A stretch of DNA of 64,000 nucleotides, taken from the NCBI GenBank assembly GCA_043228905.1, contig JBHGNT010000018.1:10850001-10914000 (forward strand). The letters run 5' to 3'. The first letter of the stretch is position 1, and each line of letters starts with the position of its first letter. Source of the stretch: Azolla caroliniana. Taxonomy: Eukaryota > Plantae > Polypodiophyta. The notes beneath the pieces are model-generated. The model worked only from the letters and a program-made list of their open reading frames with translations, searched no databases and was not told the origin of the DNA. Of the stretch, positions 22,231 to 33,339 are shown one piece after another. A program made the translations under genes and the position numbers.

Positions 22231-25200
22231 ATGTCTTCAAAGAGAATCGAGCGCCAGGACTCCAGGTAGGCCTCTGACACTGTGGACATTTTTGTAAATA
22301 TGTTTTGTCACTCAAGAACTCGATACGGCGTATCGAGTTCCTGTTTTTTCTTTGCTTTTTAAACAGGAACTTGATACGCCGTATCGAGTTCCTCTATTTT
22401 CTTTGCTTTTTAAACAGGAACTCGATATGGCGTATCGAGTTCCTGTTTAAAGTTGAGGAACTCGATACGGCGTATCAAGTTCCTCTGTGTTCTTTGCTTT
22501 TTAAATAGGAACTTGATACGGCGTATCGAGTTCCTCTATTCTGTTTGCTTTTTAAACAGGAACTCGATACGGCGTATCGAGTTCCTGTATAAAAGAAGAC
22601 CCTGAAAGAGGAATATTGTGTTTTTGGGGCAACAATCTAGAATTGTGAGAAAATATATCAAACTGTGTGTCAAAATCAGTCTTTTTTATGTCGACTTGCC
22701 TTACTTTTTAAAAAAAAGGGGCCTTTATTATAGGGGTTTTATGACCGACTATAGCTTAAAATAGTAGAAAATAACCCACAAATTACCTTCACAATACCAA
22801 ATTCAAGTCTATCATATGCAAATTCTCTAGAATATGGATATGGAATCAATATAAGCCATACCTACCCTTCAAGATAATATATATCCTTGCATACTTATTA
22901 AGATATATATTTTCTAAGTTGAATAGCCCTTACTAGAATGGATTTCTAAATAAAGGACTACCATGTTCACTCAATGCATGATTGATATTTATAGTTTACC
23001 ACAAATCGGCTGCTAGTTTATTTCTTCATCTACTTATTTGTATTGTAATATACAACCTTAACTTATGTTTTCGCATGTACTTTCTTAAATAGGTCGTCTG
23101 AGAACTTGTCAAACCGACCCGTGAAGAAAATAAAGCTTTGGATACAGGGCTCTCCAATTGAAAGCCAGACCCTAATAGCTCCTGAGAACATGAAGAGAGT
23201 AAAAAAGCTAGTCTTCAACGAGGAGACCAAATCTCAACCACCCAATGAGGTCAGTCAAAAGAAACTATTAGCAGCTATTGGTGGTGAAGACCTTCCTGAC
23301 CATGATCTAACGGACAAGGAATGGTGTATGCAATACATTGACTCCAAGAAAAAAGTCTTCTTGTATACAGCAAAGAAGAAGGGCGAGGGGCAGCTTGAAA
23401 ATGAAACCGCATTTATGTATGGCCGTATTCTACAATTTGACTACGAAGATTCAGATTCGGCCAACATACTTGTACTGATAGAGTGCTCCAAGGGGGTACG
23501 TAAAGTGTTCCTTTCAGAAGATCTTCTAGTAAAGGAATCTTGTGGGCCAGAAGTGTTCAAAAAAGATCTTGAAAGCTCACAAAACCTTATTGTTGCCTTG
23601 ATGCCTTATATACAAGGCCATGTAACTCTAAGGGAGGAAGTGCCCTCCCCAGTGAAGGCCACAAAAAGGGTATCTAAAGTACAATCAAGACCACCAAAGA
23701 AGAAGACAACCAAAATGTCGGACTCCGATTCAACAAGTGAAAACGAAGAGGAGGACACTAAGGGGACGCCAGGAGCTGAGATGGCATCGGGTGTGTTGTC
23801 ATCCGAGCAGAATAAGATAATGAGAGAGTTAATGCAACATTAACTGGTCAGGAAAGGGCAAGTGTTTAATTTGCCTATAACACACATCCGTCGGCCCCCT
23901 ATTGATGAAATAACAAGTCGAAGACCACTTGAGATTAGAGAGCCACACCGCATGCATGTTCAAAATCTCAAGAAAAAAATTAAAATTAATCCTCATGCCA
24001 CTGTGGTGCCTTTTATTGTTACGGTAGATCCTGAAGAATGTGAAACCATTGAAGATTTTGATATTAGAAAGCACGATCAATATAATTACTTTGTCATTGG
24101 TGGATCGCATTCTACGGAGGCACGTCGGCAACTTGTGAGAGAACATCTAACGACTTTCTTCCTCAAGTATGCCGAGTGCAAAATTTACGTGGGGATCACA
24201 ACTGAAGAGGCAAAGCTATTGGCATGGGACCATAATAATGATAATGACTATAGGCAGAAAATGTCGTCGATTGAGCGTATAAGGTTCTTCCACCACGAGT
24301 ATTTGGACGTGAAACAAAAGTTTGGTGTGAAGCTACATACAGGTCTACGACGTCAATGTCTGCATGAAGTCGGTATTGTGGTAGATGATAATGTTAAGTC
24401 CGATGGTCTTTGAAAATATGAGTCTTGGTTTCAACTGGCCTTTAGAGATGGAGAAGTATGGGACCTACAGGATCAAATCTTCTCAATGTGGGAGAATAAG
24501 GAGGTAAAGGGTCAACGACAAAAGAAATGTAAGGTTGACCCTCAACTACAGTTAGTCACAAGCAGCCAAGAAAATTGACTTGACAATTGAAGAAGCGGCT
24601 GACGACGTGAAGTTGTCTCTGTGGAGAGCGATGCAAGGTATTAAGGATGAGCAGCTTCTTGTGTCTGTTTTGTCAAGGGTTGTGGCGAAAGATTTAAGCC
24701 TTGATAAAATGGTCACTAAGTTCAATAAGTAAGTCTTTCAAATACTGAAATTGAAGTCTATATGGTGTAATTCAAAGTTCTAATCTTGATTTCTAATTTT
24801 ACAGTCATAAGGTGTACATGAAGATCCAAGAAGTTATGATGAAACAACTTGGATGTATAACTTGGGAACAAGTCACCGAGGATTATCCTCTAACGTCTTC
24901 ATATAAGGCGTTATCGGAGTATTTTATTGCATTCAAGGATTGGGTTAGTATTGGTGGTTTTTCATTACGCTTTCATCATATGTAGAGCTTGTATAATAAT
25001 ACTTGATGTCCTATTGCTTCTATTAGAAACCGTGTCGTGGCAAGAAACAAGGAGAGGTTAAGGATATACACGATTTCCCTACATCCTTCCTTGCACATCT
25101 CGAGCGAGCCAGAAAAGAAAAGGATCGTCGCTTAGTCAAGGCGTACGAAATGGAGGAAGATGGCTCCTTTAAAAATTTTAGCCACAAAAAAGATATTACG

Positions 25201-26132
25201 AGAGATCTTTACTACAATGTGGTTTGTGGCGATGTTGTCGACTTGATCCAAAAAGTGCCAAAGAAGAAATATACGCTAATGATTGCGGATATTCCTTACG
25301 AATTTCGAATGGCTGGGTCATCGTACGACGATGGACCGTTTAGGTTTAAACAATTGTAGAAGATGGTCAAGGATTTCGTTGAGCTAACGACTGTATCCTT
25401 GTGGCGAATAGTTGTCTTTCATAGTATGGACCAAGCGTACTCGGTAGGTCAAGCTTTGAGATCTCGTTGCCATGGCATCGAGAACCTTGCATGGTAAGGA
25501 TTATTTATAGGTGTCATTCACTATATTGCATTTCTTAAGGTTATTCAATCTATTCTTATCTCGATGTATTATTTTTTATAGGATAAAAACAAATGTAAAT
25601 AGAGGGCCAACTTTTCGGTTCGTTAATGCCATTGAATACATCACCGTTGGCTACTTCGATGAAATTAAGAAACAAAGAAATCAAGGAGCATTCTAATGAA
25701 GTGGGAGGTTCAAATCTGCTGGTATATCCAGGAGTGACACGGAAATTGCAACATGTCACCACGACAAAACGGGGACTTGTCAACCCATACCAAAAACCTC
25801 AACGACTTATGATGCACTTGATCGAGATGTTTTCTGTCGAGGAGCAGGTTATATTTATAAATATGAGGATTAAGGCTTTGTGGGAGTGCCCAGACTAGGA
25901 AGAGGAGGTTGGTGCAAAGAACCTAACTGATACTAAAAGGTTTCAACCTGCTTCGCGAGAGCCTATTCCTCCGTTAGTCGGGGAACCGGGGGAGCTAATA
26001 GAGCTTGATGATGAGCTTATAGAAGATATTTCGTTGGCTCGGCTAACAGGGGAAGCCAATGCACGTATAGCCGAAGAGACTTCTATACAGGATGATGAAG
26101 AAAATGACATTGACGATTTGATTGCTATGTAA
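22231..26132 (+). pseudogene. Spliced gene for a ParB/Srx-like domain + beta-class N6A/N4C DNA methyltransferase fusion (several stops; SAM-binding motif I missing)
   Basis: Exon 1 (22231-22265, MSSKRIERQDS) joins in frame across a GT-AG intron (22266-23092). Further in-frame GT-AG introns at 24729-24804, ~24944-25026 and ~25494-25581. ParB-like PFIV...YFVIGGSHSTEARRQL...TEEAKLLAWDHN. MTase-like CGDVVDLI...LMIADIPY (25288-25299), W|IK and NPYQKPQRLMMHLI. Confidence 0.8.
22312..22589. repeat. Palindrome array, copy 2 (6 units) in intron 1
   Basis: Cores GAACTCGATACG-G/C-CGTATCGAGTTC at 22316, 22367, 22418, 22458, 22509 and 22560 (spacing 51, 51, 40, 51, 51). Confidence 0.95.
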
Positions 26133-26590
26133 TAGACTCTTTTAAAACCGCGAAATGTATTGTTTGGATTTCACATTATTAATACAAATTTTGGGTTTTA
26201 CTTGGTGGATTCTATTCTTTATAATCTTCTATATGTTTCAATTTTATTTTTATATACTTGATTAGTAGATTTATGACATCGGTTTCACCGCGTGCATTGC
26301 TGACTACCAAATTTATGGAGAAACATGAATTAGTTTAAATTGAGGCTGATTTTGGTCAAAGTTTAACTTAACATAACATGGTCGTAGAATTGTTGCCATG
26401 ATTGTCCATGTAGTTATTATGGATCTTTGTCTTCTATTGTTAAAACTATTATGTTTCTCTTCCATTGCTGCTTAGATTGTGTAGTGTGTTGATAATGGTT
26501 CCACTAGCGTTATCCGCATGTTTTTATACGCTTGTAGTTCCACTAGCGTTATCGTTCGGAGTTTGATCCCGTGTGAATCACCTAAGCAAT

Positions 26591-26840
26591 AGATTAGATC
26601 AATTTTAAATACAAGTATGAAAGCCTTAATAGGTTTGTTATTTCCACCACATTATCCTAAAGTTCACTGTCTTACATTGTCCACAATTATATACATATGG
26701 TTTGATCACATACGAACAAACTGAGGAATAGATTAGATCAACTTTAAATACAAGTATTAAATACTTTAATAAGTTAGTTATTCCAATCACATTATCCTAA
26801 AGTGCACTATCCTACATTGTCCACAATTATATACATGCAA
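26591..26840. repeat. ~139-bp subterminal tandem duplication near the right TIR
   Basis: GATTAGATCAA...ATTGTCCACAATTATATACAT occurs twice; mirrored at ~15505-15755. Confidence 0.75.
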
Positions 26841-27215
26841 GTATGGGTCAAAGTATAAATTATAACTCATTTTATTAGTATGGATACAAGTACACCTCAT
26901 ATTTTTGTAAAACTTACCAAATTAATATAAGTCTTTAACTTAGTGTTTCCCATGTCGCACATTAGTGATATATTGAGCCATTGTTGAACTTTATTATGCC
27001 TACATTAACTTATCAACACGTCCAAACTTGCATGATTTCTAACCATCTCCACTCGTAGACCTATCATGTATTTTTATATTTGCAAATTCTAATCAAGTTG
27101 TAGAACATGTGATACTAGTGCATCCAATTTTTGTAGAGAGGGTATATTTGGATAGTTTCAAAAAGATTCTACAAGTGGAATGCGCAATCCTTCCACTTGT
27201 GAACACGAACGTGTT

Positions 27216-27317
27216 TGAGGTCATATTTGTAAATAGCCCTAAAGTTATATAAATATAAATATGACTAGGGAAATAACAATTATGACTCATGAGTTGTTGT
27301 TGTAATCATTCTTGTGT

Positions 27318-27362
<45 letters not shown>

Positions 27363-27625
27363 CCAAGAAGTTGTATGTGTTGTAACCATCGGTTGGCGAA
27401 GACACAGAGCTCGAGGTCATTGCATCTGAGTATCGCATTGTAGTAACTTTTCCCTATAGTGGTTCTGTTCAGAGTATGTGAACTCTCGTGGTTTTGCCTC
27501 TCGAGGTTTTCCACGTAAAAATTCGGCGTTATCTCGTTGTCTTGCGTAAGTGCATTTGGTTCTTCTTTCTGTTAGTCTTCCATTATTATTTGAAACTCGG
27601 TTGTGGCCGAGTACGATTCTCATCA
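27216..27625 (+). mobile_element. 3' piece of the split solo Copia LTR, with an (AT)n(GA)n microsatellite
   Basis: Similar to the reverse complement of LTR 57917-58541 (GGTTTTCCAC, CTCGGTTGTGGCCGA). Ends ...CATCA with an AAAG flank like that before 3948. Confidence 0.7.
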
Positions 27626-30390
27626 AAAGGTATCATTTGACCTTAACTGATCGGTCATAGAAGGACAAACCAACCAAGCCGAATCTAAGATTCGACAACC
27701 AATTGAAATCAACCAAGCTAGTGACCCCACTATCGAATCCGAATCGGCAAAGATAGTTGAAAGGGTCGAACAGGGAAAATCGGTCAAAACCGATAAAGCC
27801 AAAGGGCAATGATTAGCAACAACCGAATCGTTCAACAAAGGCAAAGAAGGCAGAGCCCAAAGAGATAGAGTCAAAACAAATAGAGCCAAATCGACCAAAT
27901 TGCCCAAACAGGCCAAGGTGACGAAAGGCCGAGCCAAACTGGCCAAAGCACTAACTCCTTTGTCAATCGATCCCGAAGAAGCAGAGGATGATTGGACATC
28001 ACCAAAATCCTATCTTAGGGGCGAGTCATCCTAAAGGACTCCTGAAGGTGGTTCAACTAATATTGATTGGACATGAGAACCAATCGAAGAATTTGAACCG
28101 ACAAAATCGGCACCCAGGAGATCCGAACGAGTTCAAAGGCCGACAGAGTTTTACCAATCGGACCTCGACTACGTCAACTACATGGATGTCGGTGAACCCA
28201 GCTCGTACGAGGAAGCTATAACCAAACTGGACGCCGACACATGGCCCGAAGTCATGAGATCCGAGATGGACTCGATACATGAGAATAGGACATGGGAGCT
28301 GGTCAAACTACCAGTTGGAAGGAAGCCGCTACCATGTAAATGGGTCTACCGATACAAATTTGTATCAGGTTTGGAACGACCCAAGTACAAAGCTCAACTC
28401 GTTGCTAAAGGTTTCAAATAGGAACATGGGGTCGATTACGATGAGATCTTCTCACCAATAGTCAAGATGACCACCCTTTGACTCCTTCTCGGGGTCGTGG
28501 CAATGGAAGACCTAGAGCTACAATAGCTAGACGTCAAAACAGCCCTTCTACACGGAGATCTCGACGAAGACATTTACATGTCCCAATCGGCAAGCTTCAC
28601 GGTGACAAGGGAGCAAGGTCACCACGTCTACAAGTTGAAGAAGAGTGTATATGGGGTAATACAAGCGCCGTGAATGTGGTATCAGAAGTTTGATACCTAC
28701 ATCGGCTGCTAGACTACAGTCGATCGGACTCTGACCCATGCATGTACATCTAGCAACTGGCCGATGAGTCATGGATCTACCTGATCCTATATGTCAACGA
28801 TATGTTGTTTCCCAAGAGCAATCAAGGAAAAATCGAAAGACTAAAGCAGATCCTTCACGATAAATTTTCAATGAAGGAACTTGGATAAGCCCGACATATC
28901 TTGGGCATGAGGATCAAGTGAAATCGGATGACGAAGAATCTCCGGCTCTCCCAGTCCAATTACATCCAAAAGGTGCTTAGAAGGTTTAACATGGAGAACG
29001 CTACGTCGGCACCGACTCCGCTCCCAACGTTGACACGACTAATGGACAAGGACTCTCCTTCGACAGACAAGGAGAAAGCGCTCAATGGAAAGATACCCTA
29101 CTCATCGTTCGTAGGAAGTATCATGTACGCAATGTTGGCAACCTGACCTGACCTTACATATGTCATAGGGGTCATCCGCCGGTACATGTCGAACCTAGGA
29201 CAAAAGCATTGAGAGGCAATCAAACACATCTTCCAGTATCTGCAAGAAACCGAAAAGGTACATTTGACTTTCGGATCGGCCAATCTGACCAAAGTCGAAG
29301 GCTATTCAGACTCCGACTACACCGGCAATCCGGACAATCGGAAGTCGACATCAAGCTATATATTTAGCTATAGTGGCGGTGCCATATCATGAAGGTTGAA
29401 ATTGCAAGAGTGCACGGTCCTGTCGACCATAGAGGCCAAGTACATAGCCGTGTCGAAGCAACCAAGGAAGCAATTTTGTCACACCGACTGTCGACCGATT
29501 TTTTAGAGATAAGCCAAATCGACCATCCAGCACCGGCCATCTATTGTGACTCACAAAGAACAATACACCTCATTCGTAATCCAGTCTATCATGCGAAAAC
29601 AAAACATATTAAGGTGCAGTTTCATCATATCTAGGAGCTCGTAACAAAGAAAGAAGCTCAAAGTCCAAAAGATCGACACCGAGGTGAACATCACTGATTG
29701 CTTGATGAATCCACTCCTAGAACAATGCTTCGGAGCACTAAGGAACATGATGGGACTACGACAAGAAACCAAGCATAAGGAACCAAACGAACAATAGCAA
29801 AAGGAAAGTTGAAGACCGGCTCAATTGGACAAGTCGAAAAGGCAAAATCCAAAGAATCAGAATGCTAAGAAGCTGAAGACAAATCGAGAATCCAACGAGG
29901 AGCACAGGAACGAGCATGTACAGGGAGTAGACAATCGACTAAAGGCCTAGAGTGAAAATCGGACATGAGCCGATTCGAACAAACGAACGAGCTGATTTAG
30001 GCACAAAACAACCCACAAACCAATCGATCCAATCGACTCAGACAAGCCAACCTGGACGACATACAATCCAAATGACTAGTCGAGTTAGGCTACATCCCGT
30101 CTTTACCTCTGCAGATTCGGTTGAATGTTGATTGCCTTGTATGTATACAATTGTAACTACATATTAAAATTGTAATCTAGGTTCATGGGGGAGAGAACCC
30201 CTATTACTTGTATACATAGGAAGAGTGGCCCTTTTACGGGGGATTTTGTTGCAATAAAAGGCCAACTCGTTCCTAATTGTATCCTCAAGTGTGAACACGT
30301 TCTCAAGTTAGGGCTTGAATATACATAAGCCCAAATGTAACATTGTGATAGAAAGTTACAGAAGAGGATAACAAGTTTCCATTAGATTCA
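27626..30390 (+). mobile_element. Remainder of the degenerate Copia (RT-RNase H, PPT, start of 3' LTR at ~30247)
   Basis: EPSSYEEA, CKWVY, YKAQLVAKGF, HGDLDEDIYM and HAKTKHI motifs with many stops; TTACGGGGGA PPT before TGTTG. Confidence 0.85.
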
Positions 30391-31270
30391 TCTGAGTTCT
30401 CTTGCTTCTTACTTTCCTTTATATTGTGCACATTCTACTTCGTTGTCTTGTACACGTTGTTTGCTTGACATCACCTTGCAGGTTCGCACATATTCTTCCA
30501 CATATCATCTTTAATACATGTCACCTTGAAGCTTCCACTTTGTTGAGTGGCATGTGTATGAGTTCTCTACCCATCATTCTTGTTACTTGATTTGTTTGAC
30601 TCAGGGGCTTTGGCTTTCCGAGATTTATGTCGTTGTCAATTTGTTGGCTAATTTTGTTGATTGAAGGACCCATTGCCATTGGCTGATTTGTCACTTTCTT
30701 TTGTCACCGAATGTCCTCATGAAGATTCTTTGTAAGTAACTCTAAAAGTGATTTAATGTTGTTATTCATGGTAGTTAATGTTCCCCACAATTCAGGAAGT
30801 TTGTTTAGTATCGAGCCTAGCTTTATATCTTTTGGGATGAGGTGGTCGGTTGTAATAGCATCATCCATGGCTTCCTCCCAAGTAGCTAGGAAGGTAGAAA
30901 CATCTTCCTCTTCCTGCGTCACACACATAATGAATAATGCACCTAATATATGTATAATGTAACTTAGTTGTACCATCATGTGGCTTGTACAACTCTTTGA
31001 GCTTGGCCCAATTTGCAACAACTATGGGGACTCTTCCGATAATATCTCCTTGCTTGTGCTCTATGTATAGTAAGATTTCCAAGCATGACCTTTTATCTCA
31101 AGCCTTCCATGTTTTCCATTCTTCTAACAATTTGTCTATTGGTTCTTCCCATGTGTAATCCACAACTTCAAAAAGCCCTTCACACCAATTCTATTTTCGC
31201 CTTCCAGTTTCTAAAATTCTATATTCGCCTTCCAATATTATCAAAAAGTTGCAAAATAAAAACATAAATG
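30390..31270 (-). mobile_element. Highly decayed Copia gag fragment
   Basis: WAKLKELY and LNKLPELWG-like gag motifs in short ORFs; NWKAKIEL at the start. Confidence 0.5.
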
Positions 31271-32285
31271 GCCGCTAACTAAACAAGCCTAGAAAGTTTT
31301 GCAATGAGAAGTGGGTGGCATTAAGCAAAAATGCTCTATAAACAAAAACGGTAACCATTGGACTCATTCTCTAGACTTAGCACATTTATACATTGTACAT
31401 TGCAACTCTAATTTCACATGCATGTTTTAAGCACATTTATAAATTGTGTACAACTATAATTTCACATGCATGTTTTAAACACTTATCGAATGATGTTGCT
31501 TTAAACTCAAAAGAAGTCACAACCTAGACTGACCTTGAACTAGTCACTAAAGAGGTATGGAGCTTTATCCAATACTTAATGCAAGAAGAATCCAATATCT
31601 ATCCACCCTATCATTCATGCATGAATGGTACCCTATCATTCCATGTCTAATATGCAACTTTGGACAATCATACCAGAAATGAACGTGTTAGACTTTGGAC
31701 GATTATACCAGAAATGAGTGTCTCCATAGCATTATCCATGATGCTGAGACTCAAAGACTAGGATGTAGTTTCTTTGCATACTTCCCATTCCAGTTTCATC
31801 AGAATCTTTAGAGATTACTTTGGCTTATTCTCACATCACATCAGACGCATCTAGCAGCATGTTTTGCTACAGACAAGGATGAGTGGCTTAGCCTAAATCT
31901 AATATGTGAAGCCAACAAGGTCAGGAAGGCTTAACCTAAACCTAATGAAGTGGCCCATGGTTCAAGCACCCATTCAACGAACAAATAATTGTGAGAAATC
32001 TTTTAAGGGTCTCCATTTATGGACATCATGGGCACCAATAATCAGAGACATCAATAATCATGATGTGTTCACTCACAGTCGATTACTAGAACTCTCATAA
32101 AGAAATACTAATCAAGAAAATTTGAGCCACTTTTCTTTGCTATGAAAAGTTCAATCAAAACCGAAGAAAATTGACTCGACACATGAAAAAACTCAGCCCC
32201 TCACGCTTGAAAAAATTCTCAAAAAAGTTTCTTCAACGCAATGTAGGATATACTAGCATGTGCTAGAAAGTAGTAGTTAAAAACA

Positions 32286-32490
32286 TTTGAAGCTCATGGA
32301 TCGAGAGATGCGATACCCCACCCATGAAAAGGAGATGGCGGCCATCATCCATTGTCTTCATACATGGAGACATTACTTGATGGGGAGGCACTTCACCGTC
32401 CACACGGATAACATCACATCAACGTACTTTGCTTCACAGCCGAAACTCACCGCAAAGCAAGCTCGGTGGTAAGACTTCCTAGTTGACATT
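32286..32490 (+). mobile_element. Isolated ~200-bp Gypsy RNase H fragment
   Basis: RYPTHEKEMAAIIHCLHTWRHYLMGRHFTVHTDN...LTAKQARW. Confidence 0.8.
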
Positions 32491-33339
32491 TAATCACACT
32501 TACGATAAATGGTACAGAACTTCCCAGATTCAGCCATCTTGCTCATGATCCACCAAACTGTGGTCCCAAGGCTGCATACCGCATAAGAACAATCTTCAAC
32601 ATTCAGGTTGCTACTAGATTCTTACTAGGCGAATCATCAAACGAACAATAGACCAGCTAGCAATTCATCGCCATCAATTCAATTGACTGATAAAGTATCA
32701 TTACAAAGCATTAAGGGTAAGAAAAGTTTGGAGACAAACTAGCATGCATAATATACTTACGAAACCATAAAACTTTGATCTAGATAGGAAAAACATTTCA
32801 GGAAATTATTTTTTCCTAATGTTTAAAATCTGAAATTTGACAGCTAATAAAGGTAAAATTAAAAAACCACAGCTAGTTTTTTGCATGCCACAAAACGGAT
32901 TAAAGACCAACGGATTATTGTGTTCAAGAAAGTAACAATGTCAAATAATTTACAAGACTTCTTATCAAAAAAAAATCCAAAACAGTGGAGGTTTTCTTTC
33001 TCTGATCTTATAACATCTCTCAAAAGATTGGTTGTTGGCTTTCCTTACAGCATTATAAACAATGATATGCCCATATATGTATATATTCGGCATATGCAGC
33101 CAACATAAGAAATTGTCGACATGACAACTAAAAACAATTTGATTTGACCAACATTCTGACATCTTATCCTACATGTTTGGGCTAAAGTATCTCAGCCAAT
33201 AAAAAGTAGCTCGGAATTAAAGAAGCCGCAATATCTCCTACTTAAAAAGGATTAATTTTAAAAAGCACCATATATGGAATCAAAATACCTTTGCTTTTCT
33301 CCTTTCCTTTCTTTTTAACCCCATTCCCAACTTGTTTGC

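Larger units (their letters stand above)
18288..27215. mobile_element. Full-length (~8.9 kb) TIR DNA transposon with a Sola-like transposase gene and a ParB-DNA methyltransferase gene
   Basis: 36-bp TIRs AACACGTTCGTGTTCACAAGTGGAAGGAT(C/T)GCGCAT at 18288-18323 and 27180-27215. Two divergent genes. TSD TGAG at 27216-27219 matches 4090-4093. Confidence 0.92.

Noticed and set aside
22231-26132. Bacterial or phage contamination as the source of the ParB-MTase
   Set aside because: It has in-frame GT-AG introns and a TATA box, lies inside TIRs with TSDs, and is nested among plant retroelements.
18288-27215. Currently autonomous, intact element
   Set aside because: Both genes contain stops or frameshifts (e.g. 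20943, 19586, 23843, 24413, 25359), and MTase motif I is missing.
18288-27215. CACTA, Mutator, hAT, Harbinger or Helitron assignment
   Set aside because: AAC termini with a 4-bp TSD and the transposase motifs do not fit these (CACTA and Harbinger 3 bp, hAT 8 bp, MULE 9-11 bp, Helitron none).
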